A stretch of DNA of 64,000 nt from Eledone cirrhosa (taxonomy: Eukaryota): positions 377,084,001 through 377,148,000 of the forward strand of contig OZ024742.1 in the NCBI GenBank assembly GCA_964016885.1. Direction: 5' to 3'. The stretch's first letter is position 1, and each line of letters opens with the position of its first letter. The translations under genes were made by a program, and so were the position numbers. Under the pieces are notes generated by a model, which was not told where the DNA came from, made no database searches, and saw only the letters and a list, made by a program, of their open reading frames with translations. This document shows positions 19,876-34,800 of this stretch, in pieces.

Positions 19876-22800
19876 TAAAGACTATAAAGTCCCAGGTCAC
19901 TACTGTGGTCGACACACTTCATACTATAGTAAAGACTATAAAGTCCCAGGTCACTACTGTGGTCGACACACTTCATACTATAGTAAAGACTATAAAGTCC
20001 CAGGTCACTACTGTGGTCGACACACTTCATACTATAGTAAAGACTATAAAGTCCCAGGTCACTACTGTGGTCGACACACTTAATACTATAGTAAAGACTA
20101 TAAAGTCCCAGGTCACTACTGTGGTCGACACACTTCATACTATAGTAAAGACTATAAAGTCCCAGGTCACTACTGTGGTCGATACACTTCATCCTATAGT
20201 AAAGACTATAAAGTCCCAGGTCACTACTGTGGTCGACACACTTAATACTATAGTAAAGACCATAAAGTCCCAGGTCACTACTGTGGTCGACACACTTCAT
20301 CCTATAGTAAAGACTATAAAGTCCCAGGTCACTACTGTGGTCGACACACTTAATACTATAGTAAAGACCATAAAGTCCCAGGTCACTACTGTGGTCGACA
20401 CACTTCATCCTATAGTAAAGACTATAAAGTCCCAAGTCACTACTGTGCTCGACACACTTCATCCTATAGTAAAGACTATAAAGTCCCAGGTCACTACTGT
20501 GGTCGACACACTTCATCCTATAGTAAAGACTATAAAGTCCCAGGTCACTACTGTGGTCGACACACTTCATCCTATAGTAAAGACTATAAAGTCCCAGGTC
20601 ACTAATGTGGTCGACACACTTCATACTATAGTAAAGACTATAAAGTCCCAGGTCACTACTGTGGTCGACACACTTCATCCTATAGTAAAGACTATAAAGT
20701 CCCAGGTCACTACTGTGGTCGAAACACTTCATACTATAGTAAAGACTATAAAGTCCCAGGTCACTACTGTGGTCGACACACTTCATACTATAGTAAAGAC
20801 TATAAAGTCCCAGGTCACTACTGTGGTCGACACACTTCATACTATAGTAAAGACTATAAAGTCCCAGGTCACTACTGTGGTCGACACACTTAATACTATA
20901 GTAAAGACCATAAAGTCCCAGGTCACTACTGTGGTCGACACACTTCATCCTATAGTAAAGACTATAAAGTCCCAGGTCACTACTGTGGTCGACACACTTA
21001 ATACTATACTAAAGACCATAAAGTCCCAGGTCACTACTGTGGTCGACACACTTCATCCTCTAGTAAAGACTATAAAGTCCCAGGTCACTACTGTGCTCGA
21101 CACACTTCATCCTATAGTAAAGACTATTAAGTCCCAGGTCACTACTCTGGTCGACACACTTCATCCTATAGTAAAGACTATAAAGTCCCAGGTCACTACT
21201 GTGGTCGACACACTTCATCCTATAGTAAAGACTATAAAGTCCCAGGTCACTACTGTGGTCGACACACTTCATACTATAGTAAAGACTATAAAGTCCCAGG
21301 TCACTACTGTGGTCGACACACTTCATCCTATAGTAAAGACTATAAAGTCCCAGGTCACTGCTGTGGTCGACACACTTCATACTATAGTAAAGACTATAAA
21401 GTCCCAGGTCACTACTGTGGTCGACACACTTCATCCTATAGTAAAGACTATAAAGTCCCAGGTCACTACTGTGGTCGACACACTTCATCCTATAGTAAAG
21501 ACTATAAAGTCCCAGGTCACTACTGTGGTCGACACACTTCATCCTATAGTAAAGACTATAAAGTCCCAGGTCACTACTGTGGTCGACACACTTCATCCTA
21601 TAGTAAAGACTATAAAGTCCCAGGTCACTACTGTGGTCGACACACTTCATCCTATAGTAAAGACTATAAAGTCCCAGGTCACTACTGTGGTCGACACACT
21701 TCATACTATAGTAAAGACTATAAAGTCCCAGGTCACTACTGTGGTCGACACATTAATACTATAGTAAAGACTATAAAGTCCCAGGTCACTACTGTGGTCG
21801 ACACACTTCATACTATAGTAAAGACTATAAAGTCCCAGGTCACTACTGTGGTCGACACACTTCATCCTATAGTAAAGACTATAAAGTCCCAGGTCACTAC
21901 TATGGTCGACACACTTCATCCTATAGTAAAGACTATAATGTCCCAGGTCACTGCTGTGGTCGACACACTTCATCCTATAGTAAAGACTATAAAGTCCCAG
22001 GTCACTACTGTGGTCGACACACTTCATCCTATAGTAAAGAGTATAAAGTCCCAGGTCACTACTGTGGTCGACACTCTTCATACTATAGTAAAGACTATAA
22101 AGTCCCAGGTCACTACTGTGGTCGACACACTTAATACTATAGTAAAGACCATAAAGTCCCAGGTCACTACTGTCGTCGACACGCTTCATCCTATAGTAAA
22201 GACTATAAAGTCCCAGGTTACTACTGTGGTCGACACACTTAATACTATAGTAAAGACTATAAAGTCCCAGGTCACTACTGTGGTCGACACACTTCATCCT
22301 ATAGTAAAGACTATAAATTCCCATCACTACTGTGGTCGACACACTTCATCCTATAGTAAAGACTATAAAGTCCCAGGTCACTACTGTGGTCGACACACTT
22401 CATACTATAGTAAAGACTATAAAGTCCCAGGTCACTACTGTGGTCGACACACTTCATACTATAGTAAAGACTATAAAGTCCCAGGTCACTACTGTGGTCG
22501 ACACACTTCATACTATAGTAAAGACTATAAAGTCCCAGGTCACTACTGTGGTCGACACACTTCATACTATAGTAAAGACTATAAAGTCCCAGGTCACTAC
22601 TGTGGTCGACACACTTAATACTATAGTAAAGACTATAAAGTCCCAGGTCACTACTGTGGTCGACACACTTCATACTATAGTAAAGACTATAAAGTCCCAG
22701 GTCAATACTGTGGTCGATACACTTCATCCTATAGTAAAGACTATAAAGTCCCAGGTCACTACTGTGGTCGACACACTTAATACTATATTAAAGACCATAA

Positions 22801-25800
22801 AGTCCCAGGTCACTACTGTGGTCGACACACTTCATCCTATAGTAAAGACTATAAAGTCCCAGGTCACTACTGTGGTCGACACACTTAATACTATAGTAAA
22901 GACCATAAAGTCCCAGGTCACTACTGTGGTCGACACACTTCATCCTATAGTAAAGACTATAAAGTCCCAAGTCACTACTGTGCTCGACACACTTCATCCT
23001 ATAGTAAAGACTATAAAGTCCCAGGTCACTACTGTGGTCGACACACTTCATCCTATAGTAAAGACTATAAAGTCCCAGGTCACTACTGTGGTCGACACAC
23101 TTCATCCTATAGTAAAGACTATAAAGTCCCAGGTCACTAATGTGGTCGACACACTTCATACTATAGTAAAGACTATAAAGTCCCAGGTCACTACTGTGGT
23201 CGACACACTTCATCCTATAGTAAAGACTATAAAGTCCCAGGTCACTACTGTGGTCGAAACACTTCATACTATAGTAAAGACTATAAAGTCCCAGGTCACT
23301 ACTGTGGTCGACACACTTCATACTATAGTAAAGACTATAAAGTCCCAGTTCACTACTGTGGTCGACACACTTCATACTATAGTAAAGACTATAAAGTCCC
23401 AGGTCACTACTGTGGTCGACACACTTAATACTATAGTAAAGACCATAAAGTCCCAGGTGACTACTGTGGTCGACACACTTCATCCTATAGTAAAGACTAT
23501 AAAGTCCCAGGTCACTACTGTGGTCGACACACTTAATACTATAGTAAAGACCATAAAGTCCCAGGTCACTACTGTGGTCGACACACTTCATCCTATAGTA
23601 AAGACTATAAAGTCCCAGGTCACTACTGTTCTCGACACACTTCATCCTATAGTAAAGACTATTAAGTCCCAGGTCACTACTGTGGTCGACACACTTCATC
23701 CTATAGTAAAGACTATAAAGTCCCAGGTCACTACTGTGGTCGACACACTTCATCCTATAGTAAAGACTATAAAGTCCCAGGTCACTACTGTGGTCGACAC
23801 ACTTCATACTATAGTAAAGACTATAAAGTCCCAGGTCACTACTGTGGTCGACACACTTCATCCTATAGTAAAGACTATAAAGTCCCAGGTCACTACTGTG
23901 GTCGACACACTTCATACTATAGTAAAGACTATAAAGTCCCAGGTCACTACTGTGGTCGACACACTTCATCCTATAGTAAAGACTATAAAGTCCCAGGTCA
24001 CTACTGTGGTCGACACACTTCATCCTATAGTAAAGACTATAAAGTCCCAGGTCACTACTGTGGTCGACACACTTCATCCTATAGTAAAGACTATAAAGTC
24101 CCAGGTCACTACTGTGGTCGACACACTTCATCCTATAGTAAAGACTATAAAGTCCCAGGTCACTACTGTGGTCGACACACTTCATCCTATAGTAAAGACT
24201 ATAAAGTCCCAGGTCACTACTGTGGTCGACACACTTCATACTATAGTAAAGACTATAAAGTCCCAGGTCACTACTGTGGTCGACACATTAATACTATAGT
24301 AAAGACTATAAAGTCCCAGGTCACTACTGTGGTCGACACACTTCATACTATAGTAAAGACTATAAAGTCCCAGGTCACTACTGTGGTCGATACACTTCAT
24401 CCTATAGTAAAGAATATAAAGTCCCAGGTCACTACTGTGGTCGACACACTTCATCCTATAGTAAAGACTATAAAGTCCCAGGTCACTACTGTGGTCGACA
24501 CACTTCATCCTATAGTAAAGACTATAAAGTCCCAGGTCACTACTGTGGTCGACACACTTCATCCTATAGTAAAGACTATAATGTCCCAGGTCACTGCTGT
24601 GGTCGACACACTTCATCCTATAGTAAAGACTATAAAGTCCCAGGTCACTACTGTGGTCGACACACTTCATCCTATAGTAAAGACTATAAAGTCCCAGGTC
24701 ACTACTGTGGTCAACACACTTCATACTATAGTAAAGACTATAAAGTCCCAGGTAACTACTGTGGTGGACACACTTCATACTATAGTAAAGACTATAAAGT
24801 CCCAGGTCACTACTGTGGTCGACACACTTCATCCTATAGTAAAGACTATAAAGTCCCAGGTCACTACTGTGGTCGACACACTTCATACTATAGTAAAGAC
24901 TATAAAGTCCCAGGTCACTACTGTGGTCGACACACTTCATACTATAGTAAAGACTATAAAGTCCCAGGTCACTACTGTGGTCGACACACTTCATCCTATA
25001 GTAAAGACTATAACGTCCCAGGTCACTACTGTGGTCGACACACTTCATCCTATAGTAAAGACTATAAAGTCCCAGGTCACTACTGTGGTCGACACACTTA
25101 ATACTATAGTAAAGACCATAAAGTCCCAGGTCACTACTGTGGTCGACACACTTCATCCTATAGTAAAGACTGTAAAGTCCCAGGTCACTACTGTGCTCGA
25201 CACACTTCATCCTATAGTAAAGACTATTAAGTCCCAGGTCACTACTGTGGTCGACACACTTCATCCTATAGTAAAGACTATAAAGTCCCAGGTCACTACT
25301 GTGGTCGACACACTTCATCCTATAGTAAAGACTATAAAGTCCCAGGTCACTACTGTGGTCGACACACTTCATACTATAGTAAAGACTATAAAGTCCCAGG
25401 TCACTACTGTGGTCGACACACTTCATCCTATAGTAAAGACTATAAAGTCCCAGGTCACTACTGTGGTCGACACACTTCATACTATAGTAAAGACTATAAA
25501 GTCCCAGGTCACTACTGTGGTCGACACACTTCATCCTATAGTAAAGACTATAAAGTCCCAGGTCACTACTGTGGTCGACACACTTCATCCTATAGTAAAG
25601 ACTATAAAGTCCCAGGTCACTACTGTGGTCGACACACTTCATCCTATAGTAAAGACTATAAAGTCCCAGGTCACTACTGTGGTCGACACACTTCATCCTA
25701 TAGTAAAGACTATAAAGTCCCAGGTCACTACTGTGGTCGACACACTTCATCCTATAGTAAAGACTATAAAGTCCCAGGTCACTACTGTGGTCGACACACT

Positions 25801-28800
25801 TCATACTATAGTAAAGACTATAAAGTCCCAGGTCACTACTGTGGTCGACACATTAATACTATAGTAAAGACTATAAAGTCCCAGGTCACTACTGTGGTCG
25901 ACACACTTCATACTATAGTAAAGACTATAAAGTCCCAGGTCACTACTGTGGTCGATACACTTCATCCTATAGTAAAGAATATAAAGTCCCAGGTCACTAC
26001 TGTGGTCGACACACTTCATCCTATAGTAAAGACCATAAAGTCCCAGGTCACTACTGTGGTCGACACACTTCATCCTATAGTAAAGACTATAAAGTCCCAA
26101 GTCACTACTGTGCTCGACACACTTCATCCTATAGTAAAGACTATAAAGTCCCAGGTCACTACTGTGGTCGACACACTTCATCCTATAGTAAAGACTATAA
26201 AGTCCCAGGTCACTACTGTGGTCGACACACTTCATCCTATAGTAAAGACTATAAAGTCCCAGGTCACTAATGTGGTCGACACACTTCATACTATAGTAAA
26301 GACTATAAAGTCCCAGGTCACTACTGTGGTCGACACACTTCATCCTATAGTAAAGACTATAAAGTCCCAGGTCACTACTGTGGTCGAAACACTTCATACT
26401 ATAGTAAAGACTATAAAGTCCCAGGTCACTACTGTGGTCGACACACTTCATACTATAGTAAAGACTATAAAGTCCCAGTTCACTACTGTGGTCGACACAC
26501 TTCATACTATAGTAAAGACTATAAAGTCCCAGGTCACTACTGTGGTCGACACACTTAATACTATAGTAAAGACCATAAAGTCCCAGGTGACTACTGTGGT
26601 CGACACACTTCATCCTATAGTAAAGACTATAAAGTCCCAGGTCACTACTGTGGTCGACACACTTAATACTATAGTAAAGACCATAAAGTCCCAGGTCACT
26701 ACTGTGGTCGACACACTTCATCCTATAGTAAAGACTATAAAGTCCCAGGTCACTACTGTTCTCGACACACTTCATCCTATAGTAAAGACTATTAAGTCCC
26801 AGGTCACTACTGTGGTCGACACACTTCATCCTATAGTAAAGACTATAAAGTCCCAGGTCACTACTGTGGTCGACACACTTCATCCTATAGTAAAGACTAT
26901 AAAGTCCCAGGTCACTACTGTGGTCGACACACTTCATACTATAGTAAAGACTATAAAGTCCCAGGTCACTACTGTGGTCGACACACTTCATCCTATAGTA
27001 AAGACTATAAAGTCCCAGGTCACTACTGTGGTCGACACACTTCATACTATAGTAAAGACTATAAAGTCCCAGGTCACTACTGTGGTCGACACACTTCATC
27101 CTATAGTAAAGACTATAAAGTCCCAGGTCACTACTGTGGTCGACACACTTCATCCTATAGTAAAGACTATAAAGTCCCAGGTCACTACTGTGGTCGACAC
27201 ACTTCATCCTATAGTAAAGACTATAAAGTCCCAGGTCACTACTGTGGTCGACACACTTCATCCTATAGTAAAGACTATAAAGTCCCAGGTCACTACTGTG
27301 GTCGACACACTTCATCCTATAGTAAAGACTATAAAGTCCCAGGTCACTACTGTGGTCGACACACTTCATACTATAGTAAAGACTATAAAGTCCCAGGTCA
27401 CTACTGTGGTCGACACATTAATACTATAGTAAAGACTATAAAGTCCCAGGTCACTACTGTGGTCGACACACTTCATACTATAGTAAAGACTATAAAGTCC
27501 CAGGTCACTACTGTGGTCGATACACTTCATCCTATAGTAAAGAATATAAAGTCCCAGGTCATTACTGTGGTCGACACACTTCATCCTATAGTAAAGACTA
27601 TAAAGTCCCAGGTCACTACTGTGGTCGACACACTTCATCCTATAGTAAAGACTATAAAGTCCCAGGTCACTACTGTGGTCGACACACTTCATCCTATAGT
27701 AAAGACTATAATGTCCCAGGTCACTGCTGTGGTCGACACACTTCATCCTATAGTAAAGACTATAAAGTCCCAGGTCACTACTGTGGTCGACACACTTCAT
27801 CCTATAGTAAAGACTATAAAGTCCCAGGTCACAACTGTGGTCAACACACTTCATACTATAGTAAAGACTATAAAGTCCCAGGTCACTACTGTGGTGGACA
27901 CACTTCATACTATAGTAAAGACTATAAAGTCCCAGGTCACTACTGTGGTCGACACACTTCATCCTATAGTAAAGACTATAAAGTCCCAGGTCACTACTGT
28001 GGTCGACACACTTCATACTATAGTAAAGACTATAAAGTCCCAGGTCACTACTGTGGTCGACACACTTCATACTATAGTAAAGACTATAAAGTCCCAGGTC
28101 ACTACTGTGGTCGACACACTTCATCCTATAGTAAAGACTATAACGTCCCAGGTCACTACTGTGGTCGACACACTTCATCCTATAGTAAAGACTATAAAGT
28201 CCCAGGTCACTACTGTGGTCGACACACTTAATACTATAGTAAAGACCATAAAGTCCCAGGTCACTACTGTGGTCGACACACTTCATCCTATAGTAAAGAC
28301 TATAAAGTCCCAGGTCACTACTGTGCTCGACACACTTCATCCTATAGTAAAGACTATTAAGTCCCAGGTCACTACTGTGGTCGACACACTTCATCCTATA
28401 GTAAAGACTATAAAGTCCCAGGTCACTACTGTGGTCGACACACTTCATCCTATAGTAAAGACTATAAAGTCCCAGGTCACTACTGTGGTCGACACACTTC
28501 ATACTATAGTAAAGACTATAAAGTCCCAGGTCACTACTGTGGTCGACACACTTCATCCTATAGTAAAGACTATAAAGTCCCAGGTCACTACTGTGGTCGA
28601 CACACTTCATACTATAGTAAAGACTATAAAGTCCCAGGTCACTACTGTGGTCGACACACTTCATCCTATAGTAAAGACTATAAAGTCCCAGGTCACTACT
28701 GTGGTCGACACACTTCATCCTATAGTAAAGACTATAAAGTCCCAGGTCACTACTGTGGTCGACACACTTCATCCTATAGTAAAGACTATAAAGTCCCAGG

Positions 28801-31800
28801 TCACTACTGTGGTCGACACACTTCATCCTATAGTAAAGACTATAAAGTCCCAGGTCACTACTGTGGTCGACACACTTCATCCTATAGTAAAGACTATAAA
28901 GTCCCAGGTCACTACTGTGGTCGACACACTTCATACTATAGTAAAGACTATAAAGTCCCAGGTCACTACTGTGGTCGACACATTAATACTATAGTAAAGA
29001 CTATAAAGTCCCAGGTCACTACTGTGGTCGACACACTTCATACTATAGTAAAGACTATAAAGTCCCAGGTCACTACTGTGGTCGACACACTTCATCCTAT
29101 AGTAAAGACTATAAAGTCCCAGGTCACTACTGTGGTCGACACACTTCATCCTATAGTAAAGACTATAAAGTCCCAGGTCACTACTGTGGTCGACACACTT
29201 CATCCTATAGTAAAGACTATAATGTCCCAGGTCACTGCTGTGGTCGACACACTTCATCCTATAGTAAAGACTATAAAGTCCCAGGTCACTACTGTGGTCG
29301 ACACACTTCATCCTATAGTAAAGACTATAAAGTCCCAGGTCACTACTGTGGTCAACACACTTCATACTATAGTAATGACTATAAAGTCCCAGGTCACTAC
29401 TGTGGTGGACACACTTCATACTATAGTAAAGACTATAAAGTCCCAGGTCACTACTGTGGTCGACACACTTCATCCTATAGTAAAGACTATAAAGTCCCAG
29501 GTCACTACTGTGGTCGACACACATCATACTATAGTAAAGACTATAAAGTCCCAGGTCACTACTGTGGTCGACACACTTCATCCTATAGTAAAGACTATAA
29601 CGTCCCAGGTCACTACTGTGGTCGACACACTTCATACTATAGTAAAGACTATAAAGTCCCAGGTCACTACTGTGGTCGACACACTTTATCCTATAGTAAA
29701 GACTATAAAGTCCCAGGTCACTACTGTGGTCGACACACTTCATCCTATAGTAAAGACTATAAAGTCCCAGGTCACTACTGTGGTCGACACACTTCATACT
29801 ATAGTAAAGACTATAAAGTCCCAGGTCACTACTGTGGTCGACACACTTCATCCTATAGTAAAGACTATAAAGTCCCAGGTCACTACTGTGGTCGACACAC
29901 TTCATACTATAGTAAAGACTTTAAAGTCCCAGGTCACTACTGTGGTCGACACACTTCATACTATAGTAAAGACTATAAAGTCCCAGGTCACTACTGTGGT
30001 CGACACACTTCATACTATAGTAAAGACTATAAAGTCCCAGGTCACTACTGTGGTCGACACACTTCATACTATAGTAAAGACTATAAAGTCCCTGGTCACT
30101 ACTGTGGTCGACACACTTCATACTATAGTAAAGACTATAAAGTCCCAGGTCACTACTGTGGTCGACACACTTCATCCTATAGTAAAGACTAAAAAGTCCC
30201 AGGTCACTACTGTGGTCGACACACTTCATCCTATAGTAAAGACTATAAAGTCCCAGGTCACTACTGTGGTCGACACACTTCATCCTATAGTAAAGACTAT
30301 GAAGTCCCAGGTCACTACTGTGGTCGACACACTTCATCCTATAGTAAAGACTATAAAGTCACAGGTCACTACTGTGGTCGACACACTTCATCCTATAGTA
30401 AAGACCATAAAGTCCCAGGTCACTACTGTGGTCGACATACTTCATCCTATAGTAAAGACTATAATGTCCCAGGTCACTGCTGTGGTCGACACACTTCATC
30501 CTATAGTAAAGACTATAAAGTCCCAGGTCACTACTGTGGTTGACACACTTCATACTATAGTAAAGACTATAAAGTCCCAGGTCACTACTGTGGTCGACAC
30601 ACTTCATACTATAGTAAAGACTATAAAGTCCCAGGTCACTACTGTGGTCGACACACTTCATACTATAGTAAAGACTATAAAGTCTCAGGTCACTACTGTG
30701 GTTTTCACACTTCATCCTATAGTAAAGACTATAAAGTCCCAGGTCACTACTGTGGTCGACACACTTCATACTATAGTAAAGACTATAAAGTCCCAGGTCA
30801 CTACTGTGGTCGACACACTTAATACTATAGTAAAGCCTATAAAGTCCCAGGTCACTACTGTGGTCGACACACTTCATCCTATAGTAAAGACTATAAAGTC
30901 CCAGGTCACTACTGTGGTCGACACACTTCATCCTATAGTAAAGACTATAAAGTCCCAGGTCACTGCTGTGGTCGACACACTTCATCCTATAGTAAAATCT
31001 ATAAAGTCCCAGGTCACTACTGTGGTCGACACACTTCATACTATAGTAAAGACTATAAATCACAGGTCACTACTGTGGTCGACACACTTCATACTATAGT
31101 AAAGACTATAAAGTCACAGGTCACTACTGTGGTCGACACACTTCATCCTATAGTAAAGACTATAAAGTCCCAGGTCACTACTGTGGTCGACACACTTCAT
31201 CCTATAGTAAAAACTATAAAGTCCCAGGTCACTGCTGTGGTCGACACACTTCATCCTATAGTAAAAACTATAAAGTCCCAGGTCACTACTGTGGTCGACA
31301 CACTTCATCCTATAGTAAAGACTATAAAGTCCCATCACTACTGTGGTCGACACACTTCATCCTATAGTAAAGACTATAAAGTCCCAGGTCACTACTGTGG
31401 TCGACACACTTCATACTATAGTAAAGACTATAAAGTCCCAGGTCACTACTGTGGTCGAGACACTTCATACTATAGTAAAGACTATAAAGTCCCAGGTCAC
31501 TACTGTGGTCGACACACTTCATACTATAGTAAAGACTATAAAGTCCCAGGTCACTACTGTGGTCGACACACTTCATACTATAGTAAAGACTATAAAGTCC
31601 CAGGTCACTACTGTGGTCGACACACTTAATACTATAGTAAAGACTATAAAGTCCCAGGTCACTACTGTGGTCGACACACTTCATACTATAGTAAAGACTA
31701 TAAAGTCCCAGGTCAATACTGTGGTCGATACACTTCATCCTATAGTAAAGACTATAAAGTCCCAGGTCACTACTGTGGTCGACACACTTAATACTATATT

Positions 31801-34800
31801 AAAGACCATAAAGTCCCAGGTCACTACTGTGGTCGACACACTTCATCCTATAGTAAAGACTATAAAGTCCCAGGTCACTACTGTGGTCGACACACTTAAT
31901 ACTATAGTAAAGACCATAAAGTCCCAGGTCACTACTGTGGTCGACACACTTCATCCTATAGTAAAGACTATAAAGTCCCAAGTCACTACTGTGCTCGACA
32001 CACTTCATCCTATAGTAAAGACTATAAAGTCCCAGGTCACTACTGTGGTCGACACACTTCATCCTATAGTAAAGACTATAAAGTCCCAGGTCACTACTGT
32101 GGTCGACACACTTTATCCTATAGTAAAGACTATAAAGTCCCAGGTCACTAATGTGGTCGACACACTTCATACTATAGTAAAGACTATAAAGTCCCAGGTC
32201 ACTACTGTGGTCGACACACTTCATCCTATAGTAAAGACTATAAAGTCCCAGGTCACTACTGTGGTCGAAACACTTCATACTATAGTAAAGACTATAAAGT
32301 CCCAGGTCACTACTGTGGTCGACACACTTCATACTATAGTAAAGACTATAAAGTCCCAGTTCACTACTGTGGTCGACACACTTCATACTATAGTAAAGAC
32401 TATAAAGTCCCAGGTCACTACTGTGGTCGACACACTTAATACTATAGTAAAGACCATAAAGTCCCAGGTCACTACTGTGGTCGACACACTTCATCCTATA
32501 GTAAAGACTATAAAGTCCCAGGTCACTACTGTGGTCGACACACTTCATACTATAGTAAAGACTATAAAGTCCCAGGTCACTACTGTGGTCGACACACTTA
32601 ATACTATAGTAAAGACCATAAAGTCCCAGGTCACTACTGTGGTCGACACACTTCATCCTATAGTAAAGACTATAAAGTCCCAGGTCACTACTGTGGTCGA
32701 CACACTTCATACTATAGTAAAGACTATAAAGTCCCAGGTCACTACTGTGGTCGACACACTTAATACTATAGTAAAGACCATAAAGTCCCAGGTCACTACT
32801 GTGGTCGACACACTTCATCCTATAGTAAAGACTATAAAGTCCCAGGTCACTACTGTGCTCGACACACTTCATCCTATAGTAAAGACTATTAAGTCCCAGG
32901 TCACTACTGTGGTCGACACACTTCATCCTATAGTAAAGACTATAAAGTCCCAGGTCACTACTGTGGTCGACACACTTCATCCTATAGTAAAGACTATAAA
33001 GTCCCAGGTCACTACTGTGGTCGACACACTTCATACTATAGTAAAGACTATAAAGTCCCAGGTCACTACTGTGGTCGACACACTTCATCCTATAGTAAAG
33101 ACTATAAAGTCCCAGGTCACTACTGTGGTCGACACACTTCATACTATAGTAAAGACTATAAAGTCCCAGGTCACTACTGTGGTCGACACACTTCATCCTA
33201 TAGTAAAGACTATAAAGTCCCAGGTCACTACTGTGGTCGACACACTTCATCCTATAGTAAAGACTATAAAGTCCCAGGTCACTACTGTGGTCGACACACT
33301 TCATCCTATAGTAAAGACTATAAAGTCCCAGGTCACTACTGTGGTCGACACACTTCATCCTATAGTAAAGACTATAAAGTCCCAGGTCACTACTGTGGTC
33401 GACACACTTCATCCTATAGTAAAGACTATAAAGTCCCAGGTCACTACTGTGGTCGACACACTTCATACTATAGTAAAGACTATAAAGTCCCAGGTCACTA
33501 CTGTGGTCGACACATTAATACTATAGTAAAGACTATAAAGTCCCAGGTCACTACTGTGGTCGACACACTTCATACTATAGTAAAGACTATAAAGTCCCAG
33601 GTCACTACTGTGGTCGATACACTTCATCCTATAGTAAAGAATATAAAGTCCCAGGTCACTACTGTGGTCGACACACTTCATCCTATAGTAAAGACTATAA
33701 AGTCCCAGGTCACTACTGTGGTCGACACACTTCATCCTATAGTAAAGACTATAAAGTCCCAGGTCACTACTGTGGTCGACACACTTCATCCTATAGTAAA
33801 GACTATAAAGTCCCAAGTCACTACTGTGCTCGACACACTTCATCCTATAGTAAAGACTATAAAGTCCCAGGTCACTACTGTGGTCGACACACTTCATCCT
33901 ATAGTAAAGACTATAAAGTCCCAGGTCACTACTGTGGTCGACACACTTCATCCTATAGTAAAGACTATAAAGTCCCAGGTCACTAATGTGGTCGACACAC
34001 TTCATACTATAGTAAAGACTATAAAGTCCCAGGTCACTACTGTGGTCGACACACTTCATCCTATAGTAAAGACTATAAAGTCCCAGGTCACTACTGTGGT
34101 CGAAACACTTCATACTATAGTAAAGACTATAAAGTCCCAGGTCACTACTGTGGTCGACACACTTCATACTATAGTAAAGACTATAAAGTCCCAGTTCACT
34201 ACTGTGGTCGACACACTTCATACTATAGTAAAGACTATAAAGTCCCAGGTCACTACTGTGGTCGACACACTTAATACTATAGTAAAGACCATAAAGTCCC
34301 AGGTCACTACTGTGGTCGACACACTTCATCCTATAGTAAAGACTATAAAGTCCCAGGTCACTACTGTGGTCGACACACTTCATACTATAGTAAAGACTAT
34401 AAAGTCCCAGGTCACTACTGTGGTCGACACACTTAATACTATAGTAAAGACCATAAAGTCCCAGGTCACTACTGTGGTCGACACACTTCATCCTATAGTA
34501 AAGACTATAAAGTCCCAGGTCACTACTGTGGTCGACACACTTCATACTATAGTAAAGACTATAAAGTCCCAGGTCACTACTGTGGTCGACACACTTAATA
34601 CTATAGTAAAGACCATAAAGTCCCAGGTCACTACTGTGGTCGACACACTTCATCCTATAGTAAAGACTATAAAGTCCCAGGTCACTACTGTGCTCGACAC
34701 ACTTCATCCTATAGTAAAGACTATTAAGTCCCAGGTCACTACTGTGGTCGACACACTTCATCCTATAGTAAAGACTATAAAGTCCCAGGTCACTACTGTG